Shown here: piece by piece, positions 1-20,300 of the stretch
Layout: each line of letters begins with the position of its first letter
Numbering within the stretch: the stretch's first letter is position 1
Assembly (NCBI RefSeq): GCF_036321535.1
Contig: NC_087437.1
Span: 120,530,001-120,590,000, forward strand
Origin: Camelus dromedarius
Taxonomy: Eukaryota
Length of the DNA: 60,000 nucleotides
Direction: 5' to 3'
Program-made: the position numbers and the translations under genes
The notes under the pieces: generated by a model
What the model saw: only the letters and a program-made list of their open reading frames with translations
Told to the model about the DNA's origin: nothing
Database searches by the model: none

Positions 1-90
1 AGCCGTAGAAAACAAACGCATGGTTACGGGGGGGGGGGGGGGGGGGAAGCAGGTGGGAAGGGATGGATGGGGAGTTCGAGATTTCCAGCG
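1..90 (+). mobile_element. L1 3' UTR fragment containing a G19 run (28-46)
   Basis: agaaaacaaac..atggttac..ggg..gggaagggat..gggagttcgagattt matches the reverse complement of 28317-28390 in the better preserved L1 copy. Confidence 0.7.
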
Positions 91-210
91 CCTATTAAAT
101 GTGGAAAAACAGGAGAGTGAACACAAGCAGAAGGAAGAACCGCCCCGGGACTCGCTGTGTCGTGAGTGCGCGGTTGTCAGCCTTGGCTGTGTGGTCCTCA
201 GGCCATTCTG

Positions 211-310
211 TTTTATTTATTTTTTACGTTTTTAATGGAGGTACTGAGGATAGAGCCCAGGACCTCGTGCGCACTCAGCACGCACCTTTCTACTGAGCTA
301 CACCCTCCCC
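211..310 (-). mobile_element. tRNA-derived SINE (camelid Vic-1-like)
   Basis: Minus strand GGGGAGGGTGTAGCTCAGTAG...GGTCCTGGGCTCTATCCTCAGTACCTCCATTAAAAA; Pol III A/B-box layout and A-rich tail; four related copies in the window. Confidence 0.85.
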
Positions 311-1028
311 CGCCCCACCCCGGCCATTGTAGACACCAGCTTTCTGCCCTTTTATTAAAAAGGGAGCTCCTAGTTTTTATAAGCTTAGCTGCTATCTCAG
401 TGCTGGCTTTAGCTTTCCCCCGTCACTTGCTTCGTCTGCTGTGGATGAGCTTTCTTGGGGCTGGGTGGGAGCTCCCTTGGCACCAGTGCCACCCCCTCCC
501 CTCCCTTAATTGGCGCCTCCATAGAGGCTGGAGGCCCAGATGAGGGGCTGGCGTGAGGCTGGGGTGTGGGGTGGTCCCTCCCTGAAGGCGTACGGGTCTG
601 TCGCTGTGATTGTTCTGGGGGCCTTTGGCTCTGGGCTGGGTGCCTTTCTCCCGGTGGACGCGTGGTGATGGAGGGGCAACAGGCTGGGCTCCCGGGGGGT
701 GCGGGTGGCGCCCTTGGCCTTGCCTTTCACCGGACGGGGCCAGAACTGAGACGGCCTCACTGCCCTCTGGGTGTCCGAACAGATGACACATTTGGGGGGA
801 TTTCTGGAAGTGAGCCATTGAGTTGCAGGAGGTGGGCCTCGGCCTCCCAACCTGGGCCCTTTGGGCTGGTTGCTCCCCAACACATTCCCTGTTAGATACA
901 GGGATTGTGGGGGCCGAGGCCGACTGGGGACCCTCCAGCCTGCCCAGGCCATTGTTGGGCACCCTCTGTGGGTCAGTGGCAGCCCGGCCTGCTCTCTTAA
1001 GCCTGGTCCTTCTCTGTCCATTTTGCAG

Positions 1029-9233
<8,205 letters not shown>

Positions 9234-12200
9234 GGGCCGCGCATCTCCGCCTCCTGTGACGCAGTGTTAGGTGTCCCCGTTTTCGTCCTTGTGAAAAGTG
9301 TAATGTCTGCCTTAGAGCTGTGACCGAAACTTGATATTTTTTCTTTCGTGAGTGTCCAGCATCCACTGGTCTTAATTGTGAAAATGTGCCAGTTGTGCTT
9401 TTTAAAAGTAACTAAGTGATCACAGGTGTTTGTAGTTTGGGACCCCAGCTCCCCTCCCCCAAGGCCCCCAGGCCCCCCTAGAAAAGCAGCTCCATGTCCA
9501 CATCTCAGGGGCGTCCTTCCCGGGCTCTGGGATGGCTTGGGATGCGTGGTAGGTCCCCATCCCGAGTGTGGGGCCCGGGGACGCCCGCGTCTGCCTCTCT
9601 GAGAGCAAGTCGGAGGTCAGCCGTCCCTGTCCAGAAGGGTGATGCCGAATGTCTGTCTTCTTGGTCTGACCTGTCCTGTGTTCCTAGTTCACAACTTTTT
9701 GCCTCTTACTTCTCCACAGGGCAGGCCCCCGGGGGTTCAGATACTCCACTTTTGTCCGTGGCCTGGACAGGCTCCTGCAGCTCAGGCGCAGGCCCTGCAC
9801 AGCCACTTTGGCGGGGACCTTCCCTGGACCCCCAAAATCCGCAGATCTCACGCGTGTCAGGGGACTGCCTTGTGACTCACAGCATTTCCAGGGACCCGCT
9901 GGGCAACAGGACAGAGGCACTGTACGGCCGAGGGCGGCCTGTGGGAAGATCACATCAGGCTCCTTTTGGAAAACTCACCCAGTTTCTAGGGGAACAGGTT
10001 AAGTGCTGTTTGCCCCTGACTGCTGGTGACAAATGCACTGGGTCCCCATGTCAGTGCACAGACAGGTCCGGAGGCCGGAGGTGATTCCTGCCCCACTGTT
10101 GGCGTGTTAACCCCACCGGCCAGTTACCTCGTCCCCGGCGTTGCTCCCGCCACAGTCCCACGTCCTGTGCTAGCAGGTGCCAGGAAGCAAGAGGCGTGCG
10201 GGAGCCAGCCGCAGCCCCCACCTCCTCCCCACAGCGGGTGGGGCGGAGCTGCAGAGGAGCAGCTGTCCGTGATGCCTCAGGTGGGCTGGGGCCCCGAAGG
10301 CCACAGCATAAACCCTGATACTGGTCCAGTTGTCTGCTGCCGGGGTGACCTCCCTGGCCCCACTTTGCCCAGAATTGTGAAGATCCCCCAGGCATGGCTG
10401 CAAGTAGGCTGAAGACTCAGCACTCGCCCCCCGACTCTGGGGTTGCAGCTGTTTGCATCTCCCGGGAACCCACAGCCTGGAGGGAAACAGGGAAATTGCA
10501 GGATGTGGGTCCCAGGAAGGCAGGCTCTCCAAGGGCTGCCCTGGTCCGCGACCCTGGCTCTGTCCCCACAAGCAGCCCTCTCCTGGAGCCCGCACCTTCT
10601 CATGGCCGTTCCCATGGGTCCAGGACAACCCCCCGCCCAGTACTGCTTTCTTCTCTTTGTTGAAAATACCCCGAAACGAAGACGGGGCAGTAGTGCCTGC
10701 GCGCGGGGCCAGGGGGCCTCAGCTCCCCGAAGTGGCCAGCGGGTCAGGGTGTCTGTGTCCTTGTTTCCTGGTCCCTGCGGGCCCCGCTGGCCGAGGAGGA
10801 GGAGGGCCGTGGCCGGCGGCTGGTGGAGGCGGCCTCCCCAGCAGGGCGGCCCAGGGGCCAGCCACAGTCCCCCCGGCCCTGGGCCCCCGTAGAGCCTTTA
10901 ACGGAAAATGCTGTCACTGCCACGTAGCGCTGGGGAGACGGCCATCCCACCCGCCTGCGGGAAACCCTTTTTCTTTTTTTACACAAGGTTTCTCAGTTCT
11001 TTAAGTTTTATTTCAGAGGTTTGGGCCTCACGTTCGGTTGCCTCTGACTTCCCAGTGTCAGGAACGGAACAGTGAGAACCATTCCACCCGTAAAACTGAA
11101 CTCTGGCAGGGTCTGAGGCTCGCGCTCCTGTCTCCCCTGGCTGTAAGGCCCCAGCCACGAGGGGAGGCTGTGGCCTGAGCCCTCTGTCCTAAGAGAAGGA
11201 AACGGGGCTCCTGGGAGCCTTTGCAGAGGGCAGGGCTCGGAGGGAGAACATGAGCGTCTGTGGGAAACCACGGCCGACCTCCCCGTGCAGCAGTGTCCTT
11301 CTCGTCCTGATGTTGCTCCCCGTGTATCAGCCTCGTTCTCAGGGGGACCTACTCTGTTTGTCATGGCGACAGCAGAGGCCCCAGACTATCTCTGTTCAGG
11401 ATTTCCCATCCAGAAGCTTCCCATGGCCAGTGGCAGTGGTTTTTGATACAGTTTGGGTCCAAGTTAGAATTAACTTTTTTTTTAACCCTCCGTAGTTTAG
11501 TAACATGCAGAATAATAATTTACTTTAAGATGAGAGAGACATTGGCCCTGAGTCGCCTGCTCACTGCCAGAGTGTAGATTTCAAATCTTATTCTGTAGAC
11601 CTTAAAGATGAATTACAAAATACAGTCCATCTTTTTTAACCAGTCTTGAATCATTGCCAAGTTCTGCAACGGTAACTGGGTTAGTCTGTGCGATCTTTTT
11701 TGCAACACATGGTGGTAACGGCGATGCTTTGATGTCTTGTTCTTAAACTTGTTAGAGCCAGTCGTCAGGTGTGCTGGGCCTCACAGTGTTAGGCCTGGCC
11801 TGGCGGAACGGTGCTGCTGGTGTGGTGGAAGGTCCGGAGCTGGGCCCGTGGGCCGGAGTGCACTGGCTGCGCCGTGATGCCTGGTCCTGCTGCGGTCACC
11901 CCGCCGTCACCACTCACAGCCGCGCAGGAGGCCCGGTGGGTGGGGGGTGGGCGGAGCCCCAGGTTTAGCGGATTTTCCAGGCTGTTCTGACGTCTCATAG
12001 CTTGAACCTCACACTCAGCCCTCAGCTGGAAGGCAAAAAACAGGAGGTGAGAGCAGTCGGCTGCTGGGGCTTCACACCTTCTCGTGAGGCCGTCTTCCTG
12101 GTGCGGCACAGCCCTGACCTCTGAGTCAGCGCCCTGCGACCACGCGGCGGGGCCGTGCACTGTGCTGGGGGGGCCTGGAACCCCTGCCTTCCCTGCCGCC

Positions 12201-12876
12201 CGCCAGGCCGCAGGCCGCCTTCTCGCATGTCTCCGCCAGGCAGGGATCTGCTCAGAAGCACCCCAGCACCTGCCTGGACCAGAAGGAGGGGAGTGTGCGA
12301 GTGGGCAGAGTGGACTACGTGCCGACAGGGATGCTGTGAGCATGGTCGTGGCTTTCTGAGTCGGGGTGGGAGTCACGCGGCCCCCAGGCTCAGTTCTGCC
12401 CACGAGAAGGGCACGGCTACCGAGCCTCCGTCTCATGCACGTCCCACTGCCAGGCTGCAGGGCCTTCCTTTCTCAGCCCGTGTGGCTCTTCGCGTTGACT
12501 TGCTGGAGAGCTGGCTCCCTTGGCTGTCCAGGGAGCACATCGGGTGTGTGTGCCGAGTGGGCACTCAGAGGGACCCCTGGCTTTGGGGAGGCCTGGTCAG
12601 TCTGTGTGCACGTCGTCCCCCCAGGAGACCCTCCCATGTGGTCTGCCCACGGGCGCCAGTCAGGCTGGTCTCTTGCAGGACAGTGATTGAGGACCCGCAT
12701 GGGTGTGGCCTTGGAGCTGGTGTGCACCTGCGTGTGTCTGTGCCGCCAACGCTTTGTGACAGGTGCAGAGTTGGTAGCTGGTGGCTCTTCTGCAGCTGAG
12801 AAGTGTCATTAATTCCCACTTGTTTTTACAGCCAGCGCTGTGGTTTCAGAATCTAGCCCCATACTTCTGACCTCTG

Positions 12877-12891
12877 CCAGCAGGGGGCAGC
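12877..12891 (+). promoter_or_regulatory. Candidate CTCF core motif CCAGCAGGGGGCAGC
   Basis: Close match to the CTCF core consensus CCASYAGRKGGCRS; motif match only, no binding data. Confidence 0.45.
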
Positions 12892-12983
12892 GAGGGCAGA
12901 GGGGGGAGAGGGAGGTGGGCAGGGGTCCCTGCCCCAACCCTGGTAGGTTACACACATCAGCCGCCCGCCTATGGGATGTTTTT

Positions 12984-13070
12984 TGTGTGTCTGGTGATAG
13001 GAACCAGGCTTTGTGTGTCTGGTGATAAATCTCTGTGTGTCTGGTGATAGGAACCAGGCTTTGTGGTCTG
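12984..13070. repeat. Local tandem repeat: TGTGTGTCTGGTGATA x3, GGAACCAGGCTTTGTG x2
   Basis: Copies start at 12984, 13012 and 13034. Confidence 0.9.
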
Positions 13071-13249
13071 TGTCGCGCTGCCGGGGAGTGGGGCCCCTGC
13101 ATGTGACCTGCCGCCCAGGCATGCTGCCACGTGGCCCGAGGTCACAGTTCCTAAATTTGTGAGCTTTCCATAGCGTGTGTTTCCCTGTGGACTTCTGCAG
13201 TTCGTTCTCGGTGCAGAACATTATCTGTCCTTAACGTGCAAAGATACCA

Positions 13250-13255
13250 ATTAAA
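13250..13255 (+). terminator. PDXK: Candidate PDXK distal polyadenylation signal ATTAAA (implies a 3' UTR of about 4 kb)
   Basis: First AATAAA/ATTAAA I could find downstream of the PDXK stop; mammalian PDXK is known to have a long 3' UTR. Confidence 0.5.
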
Positions 13256-15129
13256 CGATGCCTTGCAAACTGCAGCCCTGCCTTTCCTGCGGGTTATGCT
13301 CATGGCATGCTGCGCTCATTTGCTCCTCTCATGAGCTACTTGAGGTCTGACTTAGAGATTATCTTAAAATTTGGTATTAATGGAAAGTTCTTCCTAGGAT
13401 TTTCTTTTTAAAAATCTGGCAAACAGGTGTTTTCAAAGCATCCCGTCGTCTGAGCGGAGCAGAGCCCAGTGCTCACAGCTGCAGACTCTGCGTCCCTCCC
13501 TGACCCTGGCTGCAGATGAGCCTCGGGGAGGGGCCCCAGGCCTGAGGGTAGCGGTGAAGGAAGTTCCCGGCCTGCAGAGTCCCCCTCCGCCCCCAGCCCC
13601 CACACCAGTACGGGACCAGCTCTTCTGCTGCAGGAAACCATCCTGGAGGGACATGCCTTCGTGAGGCCGTGGGCTGTCCCGCAAGGGCCGCCCTGCACCT
13701 GGCGGGACTGGGCAGACTGGAGCGGAGGGGCGGGCACACCACTCTAGGCCCGTGTTCGGGAAGCCCCACATGGGGGACTTGGTCCTTGTGAGTCTGAGGA
13801 TGCGGAACGGGGCACCCTCCCTCATGCGCCTCTGAGCCGGCGCTGTGCCAGTGGGTTTGGACCACTGATTACTTTCTCACCCAGGTGCCAGCTTCTGGCT
13901 CAAGGAGGGTGAGTTGGGGCGTGGCGGGGGGACAGAAAAGGGGACTCCATGAGCCTGGCAGCAGCCCCCTAGTGCACCCTGAAAAGTGAGGAGGGGCTGG
14001 AGGCAGACCTGCAGCAGAACTCCAGCCTTAGCACATCCCCGCAGGATACCTTGGTCCGCCGTCCTGATGGCTACAGGCGGAGATGTCAGTGTTTTGGGGG
14101 GTGGAAGTGAATCTTGCATTGACTCCATGTAGCCCCCAAAGGACGTAAAGTATGTGTAAGGTGTTTTGAATGTTCTTGGGTTTAAAGCTGCATACTTCCT
14201 AATGCAGAATTTGAGCTGGGATTTCAGCCAACGACCGCAAACCTGGATCCACAGGAGCCCTGACTCAGGCCAGTCGATGCTGACCTGTTCCTTCCTGGAG
14301 ACGAGCTCAGATTTTGGAGGCTTGGGGGAGAGCTGCAGCCTGGGTCCTGGCTGCGAGGGCGAGTCTGTGAGGCTCCGGGGTGCTTTCACTAGCCCCTCGG
14401 TCTTCCAGCCCCACCCGCTGTGCGCGTGTGGACGTGTCTGCAGCCGTAAAGCCCCTCCCAGCGCCGTAGAGCCGCGTCTGTCTGTGCTGGTCTCACTGAC
14501 TTACCGATGATCACAAGTAAATATTTTCATGGTGACTGTGTTGCCGTGTGATGATTTCTTTTTCCCAGAGGAACTCCCGTGTTCATTATGGTGTTAGGAC
14601 CTAAAGTGGTGTTATCCAGCCAACCAAGCCGTGGTCACTACTGGATTCTCTAAACATCCCTCATATGGGAAAGGGTCTGCGCTGTCCTGCCTGCTGTGGC
14701 CAGGGCCACTCTCCATCCGGCCTGCCTTGCCCTCTGCCCCGGGGGGCTTGTTTTGGGCACGCCAGGCCTGTGGGCTCCCTGCAGGACGGGCTGGGGATCA
14801 GAGGGAGTGAGGCTCCCCTTCCAGGCCCCTCTCTGCCAGATTCTGAGGACTGGCTTTGGTCATTGACCCAGTGTCCTGCTCCTTCCGGGTTCCAGGGCCT
14901 GGGTCCCAGCTCCTTTGCTGCCTGGGGGTGCTGCTGCTCCCGCTAGCCTGGCTGGTACCCATTCTCTCCAAGATCAGCCTGCACCTTTGTCAATCAGTCC
15001 TGCAGTCTCTCCAGGCCCGCCGGGCTCTGCGGGACAGGCAGGGAGGAGGGTGGGCGAGGACGGTGTCTGAAGTCCCTCCGATTCCACTGCCGTCCCAGCG
15101 TTGCTCAGGCCTCACCCTGAGGGCCGAGT

Positions 15130-15790
15130 CCCCTGTGGGGGCCAGAACACGCTCCCACCGACTGAGGGGCTCAGAGCAGCACAGATTCATTCTCTTATAG
15201 TCTGGAGGTCAGAAGCCTAGAAGGGGGTCGGGAACTCACGGATCTAGAGAACAAACGAATGGTTACCCGCGGGGAGAGGGTATGAGATGTACCAACTGTT
15301 CTGCCCGAAATAAGCTACAAGGAGACATGGTGCAGCACGGGGAATACAGCCGGTGTCTTAGGTTAATGTAAGTGGAGTTTGGCTTAAGAACTGCGAGTCA
15401 CTGTTGAGCACCTGAAACTTATGTAATGCTGCACACCAAGACCTCAATAAAAAAAGTGGGTGGGCAGAGTGGGTCCTTCTGGGGTCTCCAGGGACAGTCT
15501 CTTCCCTGCCTTTTCCTGCTCCCAGAGGCACCTGCTTTCCTTGTCCCGTGGCCCCTCCTTCCTCTTCAAAGCAGCAGTGAGGCCTCCTTGGTCTCCCTGA
15601 CATGGACCCTCCTGCCTGCCTCTCATAGGGACCCTGCGATGGCACTGGGCCCAGCCGGCTACCCCGGGACCATCTCCCCATCTCAAGACCCTTAGCTTAA
15701 TTGCACCTGCAAAGTCCCTTCTGCTGTGTTAGGCGACAGACCCAGGCTCGGGCACTGGGACACGAGGTGAGGGCGGGCTATTCAACCGCG
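15130..15790 (-). mobile_element. MaLR LTR (MLT1D-like) interrupted by an L1 3' end
   Basis: ttcattctcttatagtctggaggtcagaag ... ccatctcaagacccttagcttaattgcacctgcaaagtccctt; limits approximate. Confidence 0.7.
15233..15455 (+). mobile_element. L1 3' end fragment inserted in the MLT1 LTR
   Basis: agagaacaaacgaatggttacc...gagtcactgttgagcacctgaaacttatgtaatgctg...caataaaaaaa. Confidence 0.7.
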
Positions 15791-16669
15791 TGATGGGTGG
15801 GTGGAGCGAGCCCAGCCTTGGGCACCTTTCTGGATCTCCAGTGTTAAGGAGGGACGTGCCTCTCAGGGTGCTGGGTGAGGACAGAAAAGGGCAGAGGACA
15901 GGAGAGGGAGAGAGTGTGCCAGGCAGTGTGTGCCTGGCCACTGGCCTGGAGACCCGCCGGGCTGCTGGGTCACACGGGGTCATCTGCAGGGCCCGCGGGG
16001 ACCTCTGCATCAGCTGCTCCCTCCCATCTCCTCCAACCCTGGTCAAAGTTCACCCCGGGGGTGCATGCCCCCCTGGGCTTTTGAGGGTGGGTCCCGCTGG
16101 GTGGGACGCCAGCGCTGGAGCTGCCGTGGCAGGGCCCAGGGGCAGGTCCGCCAGAGGCGAGCTGGGAGCACGTGGTAGGCGGAGCCCTGAACCGCATGAG
16201 AGATTCCGCCCTCTTCCGCCTGTCAGCTACCTGGCGGGTGCCGGGCACTGCGGACACAGCGCTTGCAGTCACATCAGGGGCACAAAGGACCAGGGGCCAG
16301 GGCTACCCACCAGCGTGCAGAGGGGCGCCAGCTGGAGGGCACATCGCCCGCGCTCCTGCCAGGGCGGCACCCTTCTGCGGGTCACAGGCAGGTGTGAGGC
16401 CTTTTCTCCAGAGCCGGCCCCGGGCGGTGAGCACGCCTGCCGGCGGATGCTGGGCCACCAGGACGGAGGTGGGCTCTCGGCGCGGCCCGCTGTGCTCCTC
16501 GCTCGGTAAGAGAGTTCAGTGGAAGTGTTAATACTCTGTCGAATTGTCTTCCATCCTCTTCTCCCCCCTTGTAAGAGCTCTTTGTGTGTTAGAGGTGTTA
16601 ACCTTTTATCCCTGCTGTGGACGCGTGTCAGCTTTTCACACGATGTTACACATCCAAGATGCTTGCCCA

Positions 16670-18780
16670 GAAGGACAGCTTGGGAGGACTTGATCTACCC
16701 AATCTCAAGTTAAAAGGGCCATATTTTGCTGGATCCAAGACACCATTGATGATAAGACCAACCCAGTTTCAGAGACAACATAACGTTGTGGGGAAGACGG
16801 TTGCATCTTAGAACTGATGAAATACGGCAACTGAGACAGTTGGAGGAACAGCCAGGTGAACAAACGCCAAAAAAGGACAGCCCCGAACAGGCCGTCTGGT
16901 GCCAGCTTGCGGGCGGCGTGGCCTGCAGGCAGGCTTTTACATACGTGGTGCTGGCAGAAGAGGGTGGCTGCAGAAAATGCTCCCTGACCGTCGTCTCATC
17001 TGGGACCTGAAAAATCAGCCCCAGGTGAATTACAGGCCTACCTGTGAAAGGGACGGCTATAAAGCTTTCGGCAATGGTTTGGGAGATTAGTCATGGCCTC
17101 AGAGCAAGGAGAGGTTGCTTAAGTGAACACACAAGCACCGGCCGTAAGGGAAGATACTGATGAACACTAGCATGGTTCTCAGTTGGGATTTAGAGATACG
17201 CACTATGCATAACGCAGATAAACCGCAAGGTCCCACTGTGCCGCACAGGGAGCTGCACTCAGTGCCTTGTAATGGCCCCTAGTGAAAAAGAGCATTAAAA
17301 GAAAAACATAAGTATATACATATATATATATAACGGAATCACTCTGCTGAACACCAGAAATTAACACAACATTGTAAACCAACTACACTTCAATCAAAAG
17401 CATGTTTATCAGAGTCAACGTGAGAATGGATAAACAAACGCTGGTATAGCCGTAGACTGAAAAGCTACTCTGCTTTAACAAGGAACAAACTTAACTGAAG
17501 CGCATAGCAACACAACGACCCTCGAAAACCTTACACTGAGCAAAAGAAGCCAGAAACACAAGTGCACCAAGGCATGATTTGAGAGCAGGCAAAATTCACC
17601 CACGGGGACAGGAATGAGAAGGGCCCCCCCGGGAGTGAGAGTGGGAACGACCAGCCGGGCACGAGGGAGCGTCTGCATGTTGGTGGAGGTGTTAGCTACG
17701 TGGGTTTTTCAAAATTTGTCAAACCGAACACGGCATTTCACAGTGGGTAACCATACCTCGAAAACTGTACCTTAGAGAAAAAGAATAAGGCGGGGAGGGT
17801 ATAGCTCAGCGATAGAGTGGGCTAGCATGCACAAGTCCGGGGTTCAATCCTCAGAACCTCCATTAAACAAACAAACAAACCTAATTACCTCCCCTACAAA
17901 AAAATTGGGAAAAAAAAGAAAAGCAAAAACCACAGAGTAGGAGGGGATAGTTCCGACACATTAAACTGATAGGATTAGCGCCCAGAATTTAAGAAATTTC
18001 TGTAAGGAAAAGGTAGACACTACCTAAAAGAAAAACGAGCAAGAGGATTGAAGAGACTCTTTGTAAAAGAAGAAATTCAAATGTCCAAGAGACGCATGAA
18101 AAAATATTTAACTTTATTTGTAATCAGAGGGGTCAAACTAAAATCAGTACTGGATTCCACCGCACACCAGATTGGCAAGGATGTAAGGCAGCAGTTCCGG
18201 TCCGATGCGGAGAGAACACACATTATTACCCCCACTTTGAACAACAGTTGGCGTCCTCCAGGGAAGTGGTGGATTCTTGCAGCCCTGGACGCAGCAGTGG
18301 GATTCCTAGGAACACGCCCCGGAGAACAAGAGAGATGCTCAAACGTCCACAGCATGCTGATAATGTTGGTCCCACACTGGACATACAGCCTGTGTCCATC
18401 ACCAGTAGAGTGGACACGTGCATTCAGCGAGGGGGACACTGCCAGCCACGCTTGGCAGAGAACTGCACCCACACATGATGGTGTGGGGCCACCGCACACA
18501 GGCTGAGCCAAAAGACCACATGCGGTGCGAATCCACTGATAGACCTCTGAAGAAGAGCCAAAGTCAATGGCATTTTTCTGGGCAAAATCAGAGAAAATCG
18601 AGGAACCAGCTGTGACAGGTTTCAGGGCAGCCGTTATCTCCAGGAAGGAAGGAAACTTCCGGAGACCCAGAAACCAGCAGTATTGTTTCTCAGCTGAAGA
18701 GATGGTTATGCCAGTGTTTGAGTCACAATGACATGTTCATCTTTTGTGCACTTTTCTGAAAGAATGTTAAAGGACCGTGA
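16670..18780 (+). mobile_element. Patchwork of old L1 (L1M-type) fragments, with a younger L1 3' end at about 17192-17400 and the SINE at 17792
   Basis: A-rich L1-like motifs such as ctgagcaaaagaagccaga, aagaagaaattcaaatgtccaagagacgcatgaaaaaat, and the terminal ttgtaaaccaactacacttcaatcaaaa. Confidence 0.65.
17792..17920 (+). mobile_element. tRNA-derived SINE (Vic-1-like)
   Basis: GGGGAGGGTATAGCTCAGCGATAGAG...GGTTCAATCC...CCTCCATTAAAC...CCTAATTACCTCCCC plus A tail. Confidence 0.88.
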
Positions 18781-19428
18781 AAATATATAAATATTAAAGC
18801 AGAGCCGATAGGGCTGAAATTCCATCTGACCACTTCTGTGGCAGAGCCTGCAAATGGACTCTCAACATTTGTTTTTTATCAAAGTACATTTTTCAAAATG
18901 TTAAAAAGCATAGCTATCAGACAGATTGAGAGTAAGCACGTGCCAAGGCTTTACTGCCCTCGTCACCAGGGCACCGACCGCGTGGCAAAGGCCGTTCAAG
19001 ACAGAACACGCGCCCAGGGAGTTTTGGCCAGCGGAGGGGAGGCTGGTGGACGGAGCTGCCGAGGCGCGGGTTCTGCGGGGTCGGGGCCGAGCCAGGGAGG
19101 GGGCTGATGGCAGCTGCGGGGCTTGGCGGTGTGGAGATCAGGTCCCCTCCCAGGCAGGTGTGGCTGTCCTGACTGAAAGGGGGGCGACGCACGGGAGGCC
19201 AGGAGGCACTGCCATCAGGGTCCAGCTATGACTCCGCTGGCCCCGCAGCTCTGCCTTGGAGTCCTTCCTCTGCCCGTGGTGCTCCACGCACACCTTCACA
19301 GCGACTGCTGAGCTGGGCTGACCTTACAGGTTTGCCTGGCACCTCTGCCTTCTGTCCCTGGAGACGTTTTTTAAAAAAAATGTATATGATGTTTGATTGA
19401 TTGATTGATTGATTGGAGGATAGTTGAT

Positions 19429-19527
19429 AAAAACCTGGAACGCTTCACGAATTTGCATGTCATCCTTGTACAGAGTTCATGCTGATCTTCCTCTGTCACT
19501 CCAATTTCAGAACAGGGAAGTGAGCAC
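19429..19527 (-). pseudogene. U6 snRNA retropseudogene (near full length, degraded)
   Basis: Minus strand reads GTGCTCACTTC...AAATTGGAGTGACAGAGGAAGATCAGCATGAACTCTGTACAAGGATGACATGCAAATTCGTGAAGCGTTCCAGGTTTTT, colinear with U6 from the 5' GTGCTC to the 3' U-tract. ACAGAGA box altered and part of the 5' stem-loop deleted; no PSE/TATA recognised upstream. Confidence 0.93.
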
Positions 19528-20045
19528 ATGGAGGACCTTGTTCAAGACCCATTCAGCTCAGCGTGCATAGGCTGGGGTCCTTCAGGGCCTGGCCTGTGTT
19601 CATTGCCTGGAACTTTCCAGAGGCCTCTGGGATCACAGCCACACAGCCTCGTCCCATCTGGAATTCTGCCTCAGTTACGGCAGTGAAGAAGGTCCCCATG
19701 GGGGCAGACTCGGGCTGGCCCCAGCAGCAGAGTCTCAATCTGCGGAAGGCTAGTCCGGGCCCCTTCGGCCTTGTGGCTCTGCCTTCCTGGGAGTGTGGCC
19801 CTCATCCACGTCTGTGACCTTGGAGGTGGCTAACTATCAAGTCCACACTGCAGCCTGAGTCGGGGAAGGGAAGGGGGAAGGGGAGGACAGTAGGCACCCA
19901 TCCCTTCCCCCTCCCTCCCGTCCCTCCTGAAGCTTTATTGAGATAGAATTCACATTCCACACCATTTGCCCACGGTGAGGGTAGAATTCAGGGTTTGGTT
20001 ACAAAGGTCGCACCCTTGAAAAGGATGCTAAATTTAGCTTTGACA

Positions 20046-20300
20046 GGTGTCTCCCCCAAATTCAACAGTGTCTTCCAGCAAGTCAGGGGCAGCAGAACCT
20101 CAGAAGGTGATTTTGTTTGGAAATAAGAGTCTTTGCAGATGTCCTAGTGAAAAGGAGGTCACACGGCATGAGTGTGGCCCTAAATCTGATGGCTGGTGTC
20201 CTGGAAAGATGAAGAGGAACATAGACCCGTGACGACAGAGGCAGAGGTGGAGTGATGCAGCCACAGGCCGAGGGACCTGGGGCCCGGAGGCCTGGGATGG
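20046..20300 (+). mobile_element. MaLR LTR fragment (MLT1B/C-like)
   Basis: agaacctcagaaggtgattttgtttggaaataagagtctttgcagatgt...ggcagaggtggagtgatgcagccac. Confidence 0.7.

Noticed and set aside
28..46. G19 homopolymer
   Set aside because: Expansion of the G-rich tract in an L1 3' UTR fragment; its length may also be a sequencing artefact.
9290..9440. Possible proximal PDXK poly(A) site (AT-rich, GT-rich downstream)
   Set aside because: No AATAAA/ATTAAA or clear variant hexamer; cannot be supported without 3'-end data.
12984..13070. CRISPR-like repeat-spacer appearance
   Set aside because: Eukaryotic DNA, only three short copies, intervening segments are repeated and of unequal length, no cas genes.
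17792..17875. tRNA-like sequences with A/B boxes (also 211, 24274, 30149, 40638)
   Set aside because: They are SINE heads with A-rich tails and do not form a proper cloverleaf; not tRNA genes.
19429..19527. Functional U6 snRNA gene
   Set aside because: ACAGAGA box altered, 5' stem-loop partly deleted, retroposition-type tail, no recognisable upstream PSE/TATA.
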